NCBI GenBank assembly: GCA_037201605.1
Contig: JBBCGM010000002.1
Coordinates: forward strand, 272,697 to 336,696
DNA: 64,000 nt
Source of the DNA: Candidatus Moraniibacteriota bacterium
GTDB taxonomy: Bacteria > Patescibacteriota > Minisyncoccia > Moranbacterales > UBA1568
Direction: 5' to 3'
This document shows positions 42,414-52,223 of the stretch, in pieces; position 1 is the stretch's first letter; each line of letters starts with the position of its first letter. A model generated the notes under the pieces. It was not told the origin of the DNA, made no database searches, and saw nothing but the letters and a program-made list of their open reading frames with translations. The translations under genes were made by a program, and so were the position numbers.

Positions 42414-43465
42414 ATTACTCCGCCCCCTAAACATACATCTCCCGCGTAGAATACCGCGAACTGGCCGGCGGCAATCCCCTGGTCCGGCTCGGAAAGCTTT
42501 ACTTCCAATTTTTCTCCAGAAGGCGTCACGGTGGCGGCGTAGCTTTTTTCTCCATGCCGCACTTTGACCGAGAGTTCTTTTCCCTCCGGCGCCTGGCCGG
42601 AAGTCCAATGGAGACTCCCTACCTCGAAAGTATCGCGCGCTTCCTCTTGAAAGTTCTCGCCGTGGGCGATAAACACTTCGTTCGTCTCCGGATTCTTACC
42701 GGTCACATACCAGGGACCGCCCGAGAGACGGATGCCCCTGCGCTGCCCGACCGTGTAGTACCAAAAGCCTTCGTGCTCGCCTAAGACTTTGCCCGTCCCC
42801 TGCTCAACCAGGTTGCCCGGCCGCACGCCGAGGTGGTATTTCACGAATTCATCGAAGGGAATCTTGCCCAGGAAACAGATGCCTTGGCTGTCTTTGCGTA
42901 AAGCATTTGGAAGTGTAAATTTTTCGGCAAGCCGACGCACCTCTGATTTAGGAAAAATGCCAATCGGAAAAAGGGCCTTCGAGAGCTGCGCTTGGGAGAG
43001 CTGGGAAAGGAAATAGGTTTGATCTTTTATGGGATCAGGCGAAGTCTTCAGGAAGAATTTTCCATTTTGCTCTTCCACCTGTGCATAGTGGCCGGTTGCG
43101 ATCTTATCGAACTGCTCTCCGCTTTTTTCCAGGTATTCATAAAAGGCGCCGAATTTGACGCGCGCATTGCAGAGCATATCCGGGTTCGGCGTGCGTCCGG
43201 CTTTCACCTCGTCGAGCGTATACGCTACCACACGCTCCCAATACTCCTTTTGGAACGGCACGATTTCAAGCGGTACGCCCAGCTGCTCGCACACCGCTCG
43301 TACGTACGCCAAATCATCCTCCCAGGGGCAGTCCCCCAGGAAGGCAAGCTCGTCCTCGAGCCAGATTTTCATATAATAGGCGGTGAGGTCGTGGCCCTGC
43401 TCCTTGAGGAGCGCGAGTGCCACGGAACTGTCCACCCCGCCTGAAACCAGTACGGCGATTTTCAT
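42404..43465 (-). CDS. mnmA: tRNA 2-thiouridine(34) synthase
   Basis: Intact 353-aa ORF MKIAVLVSGGVDSSVAL (PP-loop) with ..ATGHYA.. and ..KDQTYFL.. Confidence 0.95.
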   Translation of the reverse strand: MKIAVLVSGGVDSSVALALLKEQGHDLTAYYMKIWLEDELAFLGDCPWEDDLAYVRAVCEQLGVPLEIVPFQKEYWERVVAYTLDEVKAGRTPNPDMLCNARVKFGAFYEYLEKSGEQFDKIATGHYAQVEEQNGKFFLKTSPDPIKDQTYFLSQLSQAQLSKALFPIGIFPKSEVRRLAEKFTLPNALRKDSQGICFLGKIPFDEFVKYHLGVRPGNLVEQGTGKVLGEHEGFWYYTVGQRRGIRLSGGPWYVTGKNPETNEVFIAHGENFQEEARDTFEVGSLHWTSGQAPEGKELSVKVRHGEKSYAATVTPSGEKLEVKLSEPDQGIAAGQFAVFYAGDVCLGGGVICA

Positions 43466-43562
43466 AATTTTGACAGCATTCCTTATCCTCCCCTATGATA
43501 GCGTGAAGCTTGAAAGAAAGCTGTATACGCACTTTAAAAACCGAATAGAGAAGAGGTACATC

Positions 43563-44441
43563 ATGCCACACACATTCTCGCTTGGCAATGCGGCCGGTAC
43601 TTGTCGCACCGTCGAAGGTGTGGCAAAACTGATCCGTTCCGCAGTCGACACAGTTACACTCGGTTCGTTTACCCTTACTGAAAAGGAAGGGAATCCCGGC
43701 ACCAATTACTATCGTGATGCCAGAGGGACTAGCATTAATGCGCTTGGCCTGCCGAACAAGGGCCTCGGACCATATCATCTCACTGCCCTACAAGCCTTCG
43801 TTGGGTTATGTCACGGTAATCAAAAACAGATTTCGGTCAGCATCACATCGCTTGACCTAATAGCTGGAGAAACGGCTCAATTAGCCAGCATCTGCATAAG
43901 AGCAGGGCTAGACCATATCGAGTTTGATGCCAGCTGCTCCAATGTGTGGATAGGCGGCAAACAGAAACGCATTCTCTCCTTTGATCTTCAGGCTTTGGAG
44001 AGTAAATTGGATGTCTTGGTAAGGCTGCGGAGGATGAGCGTAAAGCCTTTCGGTATCCGCCTCAAGCTTTCTCCCTATAGCGATCCGGTGCTCCTCAAAG
44101 AAGTAGCCTCTCTAATTTTCCAGTGCGGAGGGCCGCACATTACGCTAGTGCTCTCCAATACCTTTCCGAATGCGCTTAAATTTATCGACAGCGATCTGCC
44201 TGACTTCCGCTATGCAATACCGTTCGGCAAACATTATGGCGGATTGGGCGGTGATGCCATACGTGCTATCGCACTCGGACAAGTTGCGCAGTTCCGGGAT
44301 GCTTTGCCAGATAACGAAATTCTCTGTGTCGGCGGCATCTCAGGGGGACGACATATTGCCGAATCTCTACGCGTCGGTGCAGACGGGGTACAGGTCGGCA
44401 CGGCATATTACGATTGCGAAGATCCGCGCATCTTCAGCTAA
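43563..44441 (+). CDS. Dihydroorotate dehydrogenase-like (class 1 DHOD/DHPD family) TIM-barrel protein
   Basis: ORF 43383..44441 with the likely start MPHTFSLGNAAG at 43563. It contains ..INALGLPNKG.., ..SNTFP.. and ..GGLGGDAIRAIALG..VGGISGG.. Exact function not established. Confidence 0.7.
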   Translation: MPHTFSLGNAAGTCRTVEGVAKLIRSAVDTVTLGSFTLTEKEGNPGTNYYRDARGTSINALGLPNKGLGPYHLTALQAFVGLCHGNQKQISVSITSLDLIAGETAQLASICIRAGLDHIEFDASCSNVWIGGKQKRILSFDLQALESKLDVLVRLRRMSVKPFGIRLKLSPYSDPVLLKEVASLIFQCGGPHITLVLSNTFPNALKFIDSDLPDFRYAIPFGKHYGGLGGDAIRAIALGQVAQFRDALPDNEILCVGGISGGRHIAESLRVGADGVQVGTAYYDCEDPRIFS

Positions 44442-44516
44442 ATGCTCGAAGAATACGCGAATCTCGATTCATCCTGACTCCCGCGCTGCAATATGTAGCC
44501 CGGGAGTTTTTATACA

Positions 44517-44544
44517 TTGACAATTATTTCCCTTACCGTAGAAT
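44517..44544 (+). promoter_or_regulatory. Near-consensus promoter for the downstream membrane protein gene
   Basis: TTGACA (44517-44522), a 16-nt spacer, then TAGAAT (44539-44544). Confidence 0.5.
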
Positions 44545-44608
44545 GCCGAGAACCTTCATTGAGAGGTTTATCGCTCTTTTAAAACCAAGAATCGAGAAAG
44601 GGATTCAT

Positions 44609-45409
44609 ATGACAGAGTCAACGCATTCGAATGTTCCCGCTCTTGGTTACCAGGGCAGGACTAAGTTTCTCGCTTTCAAAGAGGAGTCAAAGAAAAGAAA
44701 GGCTGTTTACACTGAGGTCGAAGGCATCCTCTACAAACACGGTTTCTCTGCCTTCCACGAATCAGCAGTGAAGCAACTGAAACGCCAAGCCAAGAAGCGG
44801 CAGGCGAAAATTCCTTTGAAGGAACGAATCTCAAACTGCTTTTTCTTCTTAGAAGAATTCCTGGAAGATTTCTTCAGAGAAGAATGGTCTAACATTTTCG
44901 GTCAGCTATTTTTGCTTGCTTGTATATTGGGCGGCCTGGGAATGCTCTGGGCAAAAATTATCCTCACCCTCCTGGCAGGCTATGCCGCGGATTTGCCCGG
45001 AAGCGTAGCAGCTGTAGGGGGCCTTCTTTCGTTTCCAGCCACTCTTTTCTCCGTCTGGCTCGTATGGTGCCTCTGGAGCCTCAGCCCACTGGCAAGGGGC
45101 TGGTTATTTTGGGACAAGGTGCCCATTGCGGAATATCAACCACCGATGAGTGAAGACCTCTATGAACGTCTCGAGGCTGTGCAGGAGGCGCTGGCACAAA
45201 CTTCAATCAACGCCGAGATACTTATCGAGCACGGAACGGTCGATGGCAAAAAATCTTTTACTGACGAGATCAAGTGCCTCAGCCAACAGACCGAAGCGCT
45301 TGAGCGTTGGGGGAAAGAAGAGGCATTCGTCATCCTCCATCTCACACACGACGACGGCGAGAAAACCGACTACGTCATCTCGCAGACGTGGCCGGGACGG
45401 TTCCCTTAG
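44609..45409 (+). CDS. Hypothetical membrane protein (two or three central TM helices)
   Basis: ORF 44414..45409. The start MTESTHS at 44609 follows GAAAGGGA and lies downstream of the predicted promoter. No recognised motif. Confidence 0.6.
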   Translation: MTESTHSNVPALGYQGRTKFLAFKEESKKRKAVYTEVEGILYKHGFSAFHESAVKQLKRQAKKRQAKIPLKERISNCFFFLEEFLEDFFREEWSNIFGQLFLLACILGGLGMLWAKIILTLLAGYAADLPGSVAAVGGLLSFPATLFSVWLVWCLWSLSPLARGWLFWDKVPIAEYQPPMSEDLYERLEAVQEALAQTSINAEILIEHGTVDGKKSFTDEIKCLSQQTEALERWGKEEAFVILHLTHDDGEKTDYVISQTWPGRFP

Positions 45410-45454
45410 AAAACCCTACTCCCCCAGGAACGCATGCGTTTCTGGGGGTATTTT

Positions 45455-46468
45455 TTACAAAAGATAATGCGTCTCGGAGGGAAGGGTAAGCATCTTGGAA
45501 TGTTCTTTTTTGAAACGCTCCACCGTTTCTCTTATTTCTTCGAAGGCCTTGCCCTCCATCATTTCCGCCCGCAATTCTTTGGCCAAAGGAAAGTGATTGA
45601 TGTAGGCGCGGTAGTGCTTTTTCAAAAGCTCGAAACTCTTGGTATCGCCATAATGCTCTGTATACATGCGGGTATGGAGGAGTGCGGCGTCCAATTTTTC
45701 TTCTACCGTGACTGTCTCTTTCTTTTCATCGAAAAGCCATGGATTCCCCAAAAGTGCGCGGCCGAACATGATGCCGTCCGCTCCGGTGTCGGCCACTTTT
45801 TGCCGTGCGTCTTTCATATCGCGCACATCGCCATTGCCAATGATAAGCGTCTCACTTCCGAGAGCGTCGCGGATTTCCACAGCACGCTTGATACGCTCCC
45901 AGTGCGCGGGTACCTTGGACATTTCTTTTTTAGTGCGGGCATGGAGCGTCACTGCCACAGGCTTTGTTTCCAAAAGCGCCGGGAGCCAAACCTCGAGGCT
46001 ATCTTCATTGAAACCCAGGCGCGTCTTTACGGAAACCGGCAATTCCTTGCCGGCATCCTTGGTCCCTTCACGCGCGGCGAGAATAAGCGCTTGGGCGAGC
46101 TTCGCATCCTTCATGCAGGCAGCACCCGCGCCTTGCTTCATGATGTTTTTGTCCGGACAGCCCATGTTGATATCAACGCCGTCAAAACCAAGCTCCGCGA
46201 CCAATCGTGCTGCTTGGCGCATCACTCCCGGATCCGCGGTAAAGAGCTGTGCCACGATGGGGCGTTCTTCTTCCCGGAATTCCAAGTCTCGAATGAGGGC
46301 CGCTCTCCCCTTCGGATGAGACAGGCCGTCAGCGGAGACAAACTCGGTCCACAAGACATCTGGGCGGCTGTACTGCAAAAGATGCGTACGGAAAACGACG
46401 TCCGTTACGTTGGCAAGCGGCGCCGTGACGAAAAAGGGTTTGGGCAGTTTTGTCCAAAAATTCTCCAT
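45455..46468 (-). CDS. tRNA-dihydrouridine synthase
   Basis: ORF 45455..46507 with the likely start MENFWTKLPKPFFVTAPLANVTD at 46468. It contains ..GVDINMGCP.. and ..TLHARTK.. Confidence 0.9.
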   Translation of the reverse strand: MENFWTKLPKPFFVTAPLANVTDVVFRTHLLQYSRPDVLWTEFVSADGLSHPKGRAALIRDLEFREEERPIVAQLFTADPGVMRQAARLVAELGFDGVDINMGCPDKNIMKQGAGAACMKDAKLAQALILAAREGTKDAGKELPVSVKTRLGFNEDSLEVWLPALLETKPVAVTLHARTKKEMSKVPAHWERIKRAVEIRDALGSETLIIGNGDVRDMKDARQKVADTGADGIMFGRALLGNPWLFDEKKETVTVEEKLDAALLHTRMYTEHYGDTKSFELLKKHYRAYINHFPLAKELRAEMMEGKAFEEIRETVERFKKEHSKMLTLPSETHYLL

Positions 46469-46495
46469 CAATCGGAAATGTGGATAAAAAAAGAA

Positions 46496-46574
46496 CCGTA
46501 GAGGCACGAATCACTTGGGAACGATAGACAAGGAGCGCCGGTGCTCCCCCAAGTATCGATTCGTGCCTCTACGG
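46496..46574. repeat. Long intergenic inverted repeat (extended hairpin)
   Basis: CCGTAGAGGCACGAATC (46496-46512) is the perfect complement of GATTCGTGCCTCTACGG (46558-46574). There are inner pairings ACTTGGG/CCCAAGT and GGAGC/GCTCC. Confidence 0.6.
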
Positions 46575-46724
46575 TAGCCCTGTCCGCGTCTCCTGAAGTT
46601 TTCCAGGAAGGCTAGAAGGCGAGCCACTTCCTCTGCCGGATAGCAAAAATTTAGCATTCTTCTCTTCTCTTGACAATGCTCTCTCTAACTTGTACTTTAA
46701 TTAAGACTAAATTAGTCTGATTTT

Positions 46725-47144
46725 ATGAAAGTCTCAAAAAAGGCTTATTACGGGCTTCGGGCCATGTTGGCACTCGCAAACGAGCAAGAACCCCTTTCCG
46801 GGCATGACCTGGCCAAGCGCGAAAGCATGCCTGAAGAATATGTGGAAAAGATCCTCCAGGAACTGCGTCGGGGAGGCTTTATCGTTTCTCATAAAGGGAC
46901 ACGGGGAGGCTATGTATTAGCCAAGGCGCCCTGCGACCTCAATCTCTGGGAGATCCTCACCCATCTGGACGGCAAGCTCAAAATCTATGCCCCGAATACT
47001 CCGGGTACCCTGCCCTGCTTCCAAGTCAGCCACTGCCAGACCAATCTGGTATTCCGCCTCGTCGAGCAGGAGCTCGAGCAGAGCCTCTCGCGCGTCAGCC
47101 TGCAAACGCTCGCTGAACAGGCCCCTATTCTCCAAACCGCCTAA
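46725..47144 (+). CDS. Rrf2-family transcriptional regulator (IscR/SufR-like)
   Basis: Intact 139-aa ORF MKVSKKAYYGLRAMLALA.. with three Cys in the C-terminal half. It sits directly upstream of sufCBDSU. Confidence 0.85.
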   Translation: MKVSKKAYYGLRAMLALANEQEPLSGHDLAKRESMPEEYVEKILQELRRGGFIVSHKGTRGGYVLAKAPCDLNLWEILTHLDGKLKIYAPNTPGTLPCFQVSHCQTNLVFRLVEQELEQSLSRVSLQTLAEQAPILQTA

Positions 47145-47152
47145 ACCTCCCT

Positions 47153-47875
47153 ATGCTGGAACTCAAAAACCTCTCAGCCTCCATTGAAGGACAGCCAATT
47201 CTCTCCGACGTGAGCTATACTTTCGCGTCCGGCAGCACGACTGCGCTCCTCGGCCCCAACGGGAGCGGCAAATCGACGCTCGCCGCAAGTATTCTGGGCC
47301 ATCCGTCCATTACCTTGAGCGAAAATGCTGATATCCTCTTCGATGGCCAGTCCCTAAAAGACCTCTCTCCCGACAAACGCGCGCGCCTCGGCCTCTTCCT
47401 CTCTTTCCAGAATCCCCTGCCGCTCTCGGGCGTATCGCTTATGGACATGCTGCGCGTGGCGCTCCTCGGCGAGCACTCAGAGTTTGACGCACTCACCCTC
47501 CACAAAACCGCACATCTCTACGCAGAAGAACTCGGCATTCCCAAAGAGCTCCTTAAACGTTCCCTCTACGAAGGCTTTTCCGGCGGCGAAAAGAAAAAAG
47601 TGGAAGCGCTCCAGGCCGCCCTCTTTGCGCCGCGCTTCGCCATCTTCGACGAAATCGATACCGGCGTAGACGTAGATGCCCTCAAAAAAATCGTGGCGTT
47701 TCTCAAGGCGCACTTGCCCGAAGATTCGACGCTCGTTTTTATCACACACTCGCACAAGCTCCTCAACGCGCTGGGTCCCGACCATGTTGTCGTCCTTAAG
47801 GACGGACGCGTGGTCAAAACCGGCGAACAGGAACTGGCAGAGAACATCGAGCAAAACGGCTTTAGTCAGTTCTAA
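47153..47875 (+). CDS. sufC: Fe-S cluster assembly ATPase SufC
   Basis: Intact 240-aa ORF with GPNGSGKST (Walker A), FSGGEKKK (signature) and FDEIDTGVD. Confidence 0.95.
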   Translation: MLELKNLSASIEGQPILSDVSYTFASGSTTALLGPNGSGKSTLAASILGHPSITLSENADILFDGQSLKDLSPDKRARLGLFLSFQNPLPLSGVSLMDMLRVALLGEHSEFDALTLHKTAHLYAEELGIPKELLKRSLYEGFSGGEKKKVEALQAALFAPRFAIFDEIDTGVDVDALKKIVAFLKAHLPEDSTLVFITHSHKLLNALGPDHVVVLKDGRVVKTGEQELAENIEQNGFSQF

Positions 47876-47878
47876 CCT

Positions 47879-49303
47879 ATGGCGCGCAAAACTTCGGTAC
47901 AAACCAAGAAAAAAGAAACGGTAGAGCTTCCCGACTACCGCTATGGTTTCTCCATGCCTGAGCGCTCCGTGCACAAGACACAGTTAGGAGTGAATCGTGA
48001 TATCGTGGCAGAAATTTCGGCGCACAAAAAGGAACCGGAGTGGATGCGCGACTTCCGCCTCAAAGGCCTGGAGCATTTTGAAGCCAAGCCCCTGCCCGAA
48101 TGGGGAGCGGAACTTTCCGGTATTGATTTTGATAATCTGACCTACTACCTCAAAGCGACCGAGAAGCAGTTCAACTCTTGGGAAGACCTCCCGGCCGAAA
48201 TCAAGGAAACCTACGACCGTATCGGGGTTCCGGAAGCCGAAAAAAAGTATCTGGCCGGCGTCTCGGCCCAGTACGAAAGCGAGGTCGTTTACGAGAGCCT
48301 CAACCGCGAATTGGAACGCCTCGGCGTCATTTTCTGTGATATGGATAGCGCGGTCCGCAAGTATCCCGATATCGTGCGCAAATACTTCGGTACGCTCATC
48401 CCAGCTCACGACAACAAATTCGCCGCGCTCAACTCGGCAGTGTGGAGCGGCGGTTCGTTCGTCTACGTGCCGAAGGGGGTTTCCGTCGCGCTGCCTCTCC
48501 AAGCGTATTTCCGCATTAACTCGGAAGCTTTCGGGCAGTTCGAGCGGACCCTCATTATTGCCGAAGAAGGAAGCTTCGTGCACTACATCGAAGGCTGCAC
48601 CGCCCCTACCTACACCCAGAGTTCGCTCCACTCAGCCGTGGTCGAGATCTTCGTGGCACCGGGGGCGCGCGTGCGCTATACCACGGTCCAGAACTGGTCC
48701 AAAAATATCTATAACCTCGTCACCAAGCGTGCCCAGGCACGGGAAAATGCGGTGATGGAATGGATCGACTGCAATATCGGGAGCGGCGTCACCATGAAAT
48801 ACCCCTCTGTCTACCTGGTCGGCAAAGGAGCGCGCGGGGAAGTGCTCTCGATTGCCTATGCGGGCAAAGATCAGCACCAGGATGCCGGCGCCAAGATGCT
48901 CCACCTCGCACCCAATACCACTTCGCGTATCGTTTCCAAATCAATCGCCAAAGATGGCGGGCGCTCTTCGTATCGCGGCCTGGTCCACATTGCAGAAGGA
49001 GCGACCAATGCTAAATCTTCCGTGGTGTGCGACGCCCTTCTCTTGGATGCAGAGTCGCGCTCCGACACCTATCCCACCATGCGCATCAAGGAACAAACGG
49101 CGCAGATCGAGCACGAAGCGACCGTGGAGAAGATCGGGGCCGAGAAGCTTTTCTATTTGCGCACGCACGGGCTGAACCAAGCGGAAGCGGAAGGACTTTT
49201 AGTTAACGGCTTTATCGATCCGGTGGTCAAAGAAATCCCGCTGGAATACTCGATCGAACTCAATCGCCTGCTCAATCTGGAGATGGAAGGCAGCATCGGC
49301 TAA
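47879..49303 (+). CDS. sufB: Fe-S cluster assembly scaffold SufB
   Basis: Intact 474-aa ORF with typical SufB C-terminal beta-helix sequence (..LLLDAESRSDTYPTMRI..EATVEKIG..LFYLRTHGL..). Confidence 0.95.
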   Translation: MARKTSVQTKKKETVELPDYRYGFSMPERSVHKTQLGVNRDIVAEISAHKKEPEWMRDFRLKGLEHFEAKPLPEWGAELSGIDFDNLTYYLKATEKQFNSWEDLPAEIKETYDRIGVPEAEKKYLAGVSAQYESEVVYESLNRELERLGVIFCDMDSAVRKYPDIVRKYFGTLIPAHDNKFAALNSAVWSGGSFVYVPKGVSVALPLQAYFRINSEAFGQFERTLIIAEEGSFVHYIEGCTAPTYTQSSLHSAVVEIFVAPGARVRYTTVQNWSKNIYNLVTKRAQARENAVMEWIDCNIGSGVTMKYPSVYLVGKGARGEVLSIAYAGKDQHQDAGAKMLHLAPNTTSRIVSKSIAKDGGRSSYRGLVHIAEGATNAKSSVVCDALLLDAESRSDTYPTMRIKEQTAQIEHEATVEKIGAEKLFYLRTHGLNQAEAEGLLVNGFIDPVVKEIPLEYSIELNRLLNLEMEGSIG

Positions 49304-49305
49304 GT

Positions 49306-49920
49306 ATGCACATCGAATTCATTCCCCAAACCGAAGAAAAGAAAACCTACGCGATCCGAAAGGCAGAGCAGCGCGTGTTCGTGCTGCACAATGCTTCCGG
49401 CGACTATACCTTCGCCCTCGAACATCCTGAAGCAGAAGTGCGCGTGTTCGCTTTCTATACTGCTACCCACGAGCATCGCTACGCCCTGCGTATCACGCAG
49501 CACCACCTCTCCCCTCGCACCCTTTCGTCCGTAAGCGTACGCGGCATCCTCTCAGATACGGCCGCGCTCGACTACCAGGGACTGATCCGCATCGAAGAGG
49601 AGGCCAGCGGCTCAGCTGCAAGCCAGGAAAGCCGCGGCCTCCTGCTTTCAAACGGCGCGAGCCACATAAGCCAACCGGCCCTCGAGATATTGCCCGAAGA
49701 CGTCTCGTGCCATCATCGGGCCTCGGTCGCACCGATAAACGAAGAGGCGATCACGGCGCTCGGACTGCGCGGCATTGATCCCCAATCGGCCAAGACCCTT
49801 CTGACGAATGGTTTTCTCGCCGCTTCCCTTGAAGAAATGGAGAAGCTGCTTGGTGCCTCAGACGAACTCCTTCATTTCCGAGAAACGCTCGCGCAAGAAG
49901 TAGCCGCTTTTGCTGTCTAA
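49306..49920 (+). CDS. sufD: Fe-S cluster assembly protein SufD (short form)
   Basis: 204-aa ORF after sufB with ..SQPALEILPEDVSCHHRASVAPINEEAI..LRGIDPQSAKTLL.. Confidence 0.8.
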   Translation: MHIEFIPQTEEKKTYAIRKAEQRVFVLHNASGDYTFALEHPEAEVRVFAFYTATHEHRYALRITQHHLSPRTLSSVSVRGILSDTAALDYQGLIRIEEEASGSAASQESRGLLLSNGASHISQPALEILPEDVSCHHRASVAPINEEAITALGLRGIDPQSAKTLLTNGFLAASLEEMEKLLGASDELLHFRETLAQEVAAFAV

Positions 49921-49924
49921 ACGT

Positions 49925-51124
49925 ATGGAATTTCCCCTTCTCTCCCATCATCCCGATCTCGTTTATCTCGACACGGCTGCTACCAGCTTGAAGCCTGCCT
50001 CGGTTATCCAGGCCGTTTCGGAATATGCGACTGAGTACGGTACGAATGCGGCCCGCGGCCTCTACCCGCTTGCGGAAAGCACTTCGGCACGCGTAGAAGA
50101 AATCCGCGCTCACGCCGCGCGCTTTTTCGGTGCCAAGGCTGAAGAAATGATTTTCACCAGCGGCACGACGGCTGGCCTCAATCTCGCAGCGGAGATGCTT
50201 CGTGATTCGATCACTTCTGGAGACGAGATTCTCGCAAGTGCTTTGGAGCATCACTCCAACTTCCTGCCCTGGAAGATGCTCGCCAAACGCGCGCAGGCTT
50301 CTTTTCAAACTGTTCCCGTTACTGCGGATGGGTTCATTGATAGAGCAGAGCTTGAGAAAATGCTTACCCCACGCACGCGTGTCGTAGCGCTCTCTGCTGC
50401 CTCGAACGTTTTGGGTACTATTCAAGACATCGCTTTCCTGGCAAAGCTGGTGCGTCGGAGCGCGCCGCAAGCCCTGCTGGTCGTTGATGCGGCACAGCTC
50501 GCCGGCAAGCGGCGCTTCAAAATCTCAGACTGGGATGCGGATATCGTAGCCGTATCCGGGCACAAATTCTACGCTCCTACCGGTACCGGACTTCTCTTTA
50601 TTCGCGAAACGCTCCAGGAAGAACTTTCCAAAGCAGCCCTCGGCGGCGGCATGGTGCTTGATGCGCTCGCCGATCCGCCGGAATGGAAAAGCGGCCCGGC
50701 AGGGTTTGAGGCCGGTACGCTCAATCTTTCCGGTATTTTCGGCCTGGGTGCCGCGCTCGATTTCCTGGAAACCTCTGGCCTGGAAAAGATTGCTGCACAC
50801 GATGAGAAGCTTACGCATTTCGCCATTCAGAAACTCGAAACGGCTTTCGGAAAGCATGTGCATATCCTGGGTACTCCCGATGCGGAGAAACGCGTCGGGA
50901 TAGTCAGCTTCACGCTTGAGAATACGCATCCGCACGATCTGGCGAGCTTCCTCGGCGAGCGCGGTATTTGCATCCGAGCCGGTGAGCACTGCGCAGCGCC
51001 GCTCCATCGCGCGCTTCATGTTGCTGCATCCAGTCGTCTGTCTTTCGGCATCTACACCACTGAAACGGATATCGAAAAAGCTATCACCGCGCTCGCCGAG
51101 GCCTACTCTTTTTTTGCCGCCTAA
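49925..51124 (+). CDS. sufS: Cysteine desulfurase SufS (class V aminotransferase)
   Basis: ORF 49910..51124 with the start MEFPLLSHHPDLVYLDTAATS. It contains ..AVSGHKFYAPTG (PLP Lys) and ..RAGEHCAAP (active Cys). Confidence 0.9.
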   Translation: MEFPLLSHHPDLVYLDTAATSLKPASVIQAVSEYATEYGTNAARGLYPLAESTSARVEEIRAHAARFFGAKAEEMIFTSGTTAGLNLAAEMLRDSITSGDEILASALEHHSNFLPWKMLAKRAQASFQTVPVTADGFIDRAELEKMLTPRTRVVALSAASNVLGTIQDIAFLAKLVRRSAPQALLVVDAAQLAGKRRFKISDWDADIVAVSGHKFYAPTGTGLLFIRETLQEELSKAALGGGMVLDALADPPEWKSGPAGFEAGTLNLSGIFGLGAALDFLETSGLEKIAAHDEKLTHFAIQKLETAFGKHVHILGTPDAEKRVGIVSFTLENTHPHDLASFLGERGICIRAGEHCAAPLHRALHVAASSRLSFGIYTTETDIEKAITALAEAYSFFAA

Positions 51125-51127
51125 ACT

Positions 51128-51490
51128 ATGTCGCTCTACCAAGACCGTATCCTGGATCACTATCACCATCCCCGTCATTTCGGCACGCTTGAGCATAAAA
51201 CAGGCTCGGCAGAAGCGCTCAACCCGACTTGCGGGGATCGGCTCGCCATGGATATCCGGATAGAAGACGCGCGCATCGGGGATATCGCCTTTTCGGGTGC
51301 CGGCTGTGCTATTTCGCTCGCTTCGGCTTCGCTGCTCTCGGAACATGTTTCCGGTATGTCACGCGACGAGGCACTCGCCCTGGAACCCCAAGACGTACTG
51401 AAACTCCTGGAAGTTTCCCTGTCCCCGGGCCGACTCAAATGTGGTATCCTATCCTTGGAAGTCTTGAAAAAGGCTCTTCATAATACCTAA
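51128..51490 (+). CDS. sufU: SufU/IscU-like sulfur acceptor
   Basis: Intact 120-aa ORF with ..NPTCGDRL.., ..GAGCAIS.. and ..RLKCGILS.. Confidence 0.9.
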   Translation: MSLYQDRILDHYHHPRHFGTLEHKTGSAEALNPTCGDRLAMDIRIEDARIGDIAFSGAGCAISLASASLLSEHVSGMSRDEALALEPQDVLKLLEVSLSPGRLKCGILSLEVLKKALHNT

Positions 51491-51501
51491 AACCTTCATT
51501 T

Positions 51502-51774
51502 ATGCCTGAGTGGAAAGACCCCTCAAAACCAACCGGCCCCGTGACACTCAAAAATGGCTATACCGTCGAGGTCGATCATTCGATCTGCATCGGTGCCGCT
51601 CCTTGTACCGCCATGGCTCCCAATACGTTTGCCCTTGATGAGACAGCCAAGGCAGCTATTCTTGCCACCGCAGACCTCGATGACAAGGAAACGGTTCTCA
51701 ATGCCGCTCGCGCCTGCCCAGTCAGTGCCATTCGCATCAAAGACGAGACTGGTCAGCAAATTTTCCCAGCCTAA
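51502..51774 (+). CDS. Small single-cluster ferredoxin
   Basis: 90-aa ORF with CIGAAPC..(x)..CPVSAI. Confidence 0.8.
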   Translation: MPEWKDPSKPTGPVTLKNGYTVEVDHSICIGAAPCTAMAPNTFALDETAKAAILATADLDDKETVLNAARACPVSAIRIKDETGQQIFPA

Positions 51775-51835
51775 TTCTTCCATTTTTCCCAAAAAGTTTC
51801 TGCCAGCGCCGAAGCTTTTTTGGTCTCCACCCTTC

Positions 51836-52144
51836 ATGCCTGCACATCTCCAAAACTTGGTCCGCGAAAAGCTTTCTCTCGTACTCGATCCCGAGCTCGG
51901 GATTTCGATCGTGGAGCTTGGCCTCATCTACGAAATCATCGTCACCCCCGAAGGCAAGGCTAAAATCACCATGACCCTCACGACCATCGGCTGTCCGCTC
52001 TTCGGCCAGATCCAAAAGGAAATCGAGGATCGCGTGCTGGAAGTCTCGGAGATCAATGACGTAGAGACGGAGCTTACTTTCGATCCGCCCTGGACGCCGG
52101 AAAAGATGACGCCGGACGCCCGCATCCAGTTAGGACTCGATTAA
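51836..52144 (+). CDS. DUF59/MIP18-family Fe-S assembly protein (SufT-like)
   Basis: The ATG at 51836 lies within ORF 51554..52144. Product: MPAHLQNLVREKLSLVLDPELGISIVELGLIY..TLTTIGCPL.. Confidence 0.8.
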   Translation: MPAHLQNLVREKLSLVLDPELGISIVELGLIYEIIVTPEGKAKITMTLTTIGCPLFGQIQKEIEDRVLEVSEINDVETELTFDPPWTPEKMTPDARIQLGLD

Positions 52145-52175
52145 AAGGTACGTAATCTATTACGTACCTTTTTCT
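52144..52175 (+). terminator. Intrinsic terminator ending the suf cluster
   Basis: AAAGGTACGTAAT-ct-ATTACGTACCTTT is followed by TTC. Confidence 0.6.
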
Positions 52176-52183
52176 TTCCAAAG

Positions 52184-52212
52184 AAAAAGAGCTCCTCCAG
52201 GAGCTCTTTTTT
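52184..52212. terminator. Second, bidirectional hairpin
   Basis: AGAGCTCC-tcca-GGAGCTCT (52188-52207) is flanked by an A-run and a T-run. Confidence 0.5.
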
Positions 52213-52223
52213 ACCTTTCAAAA

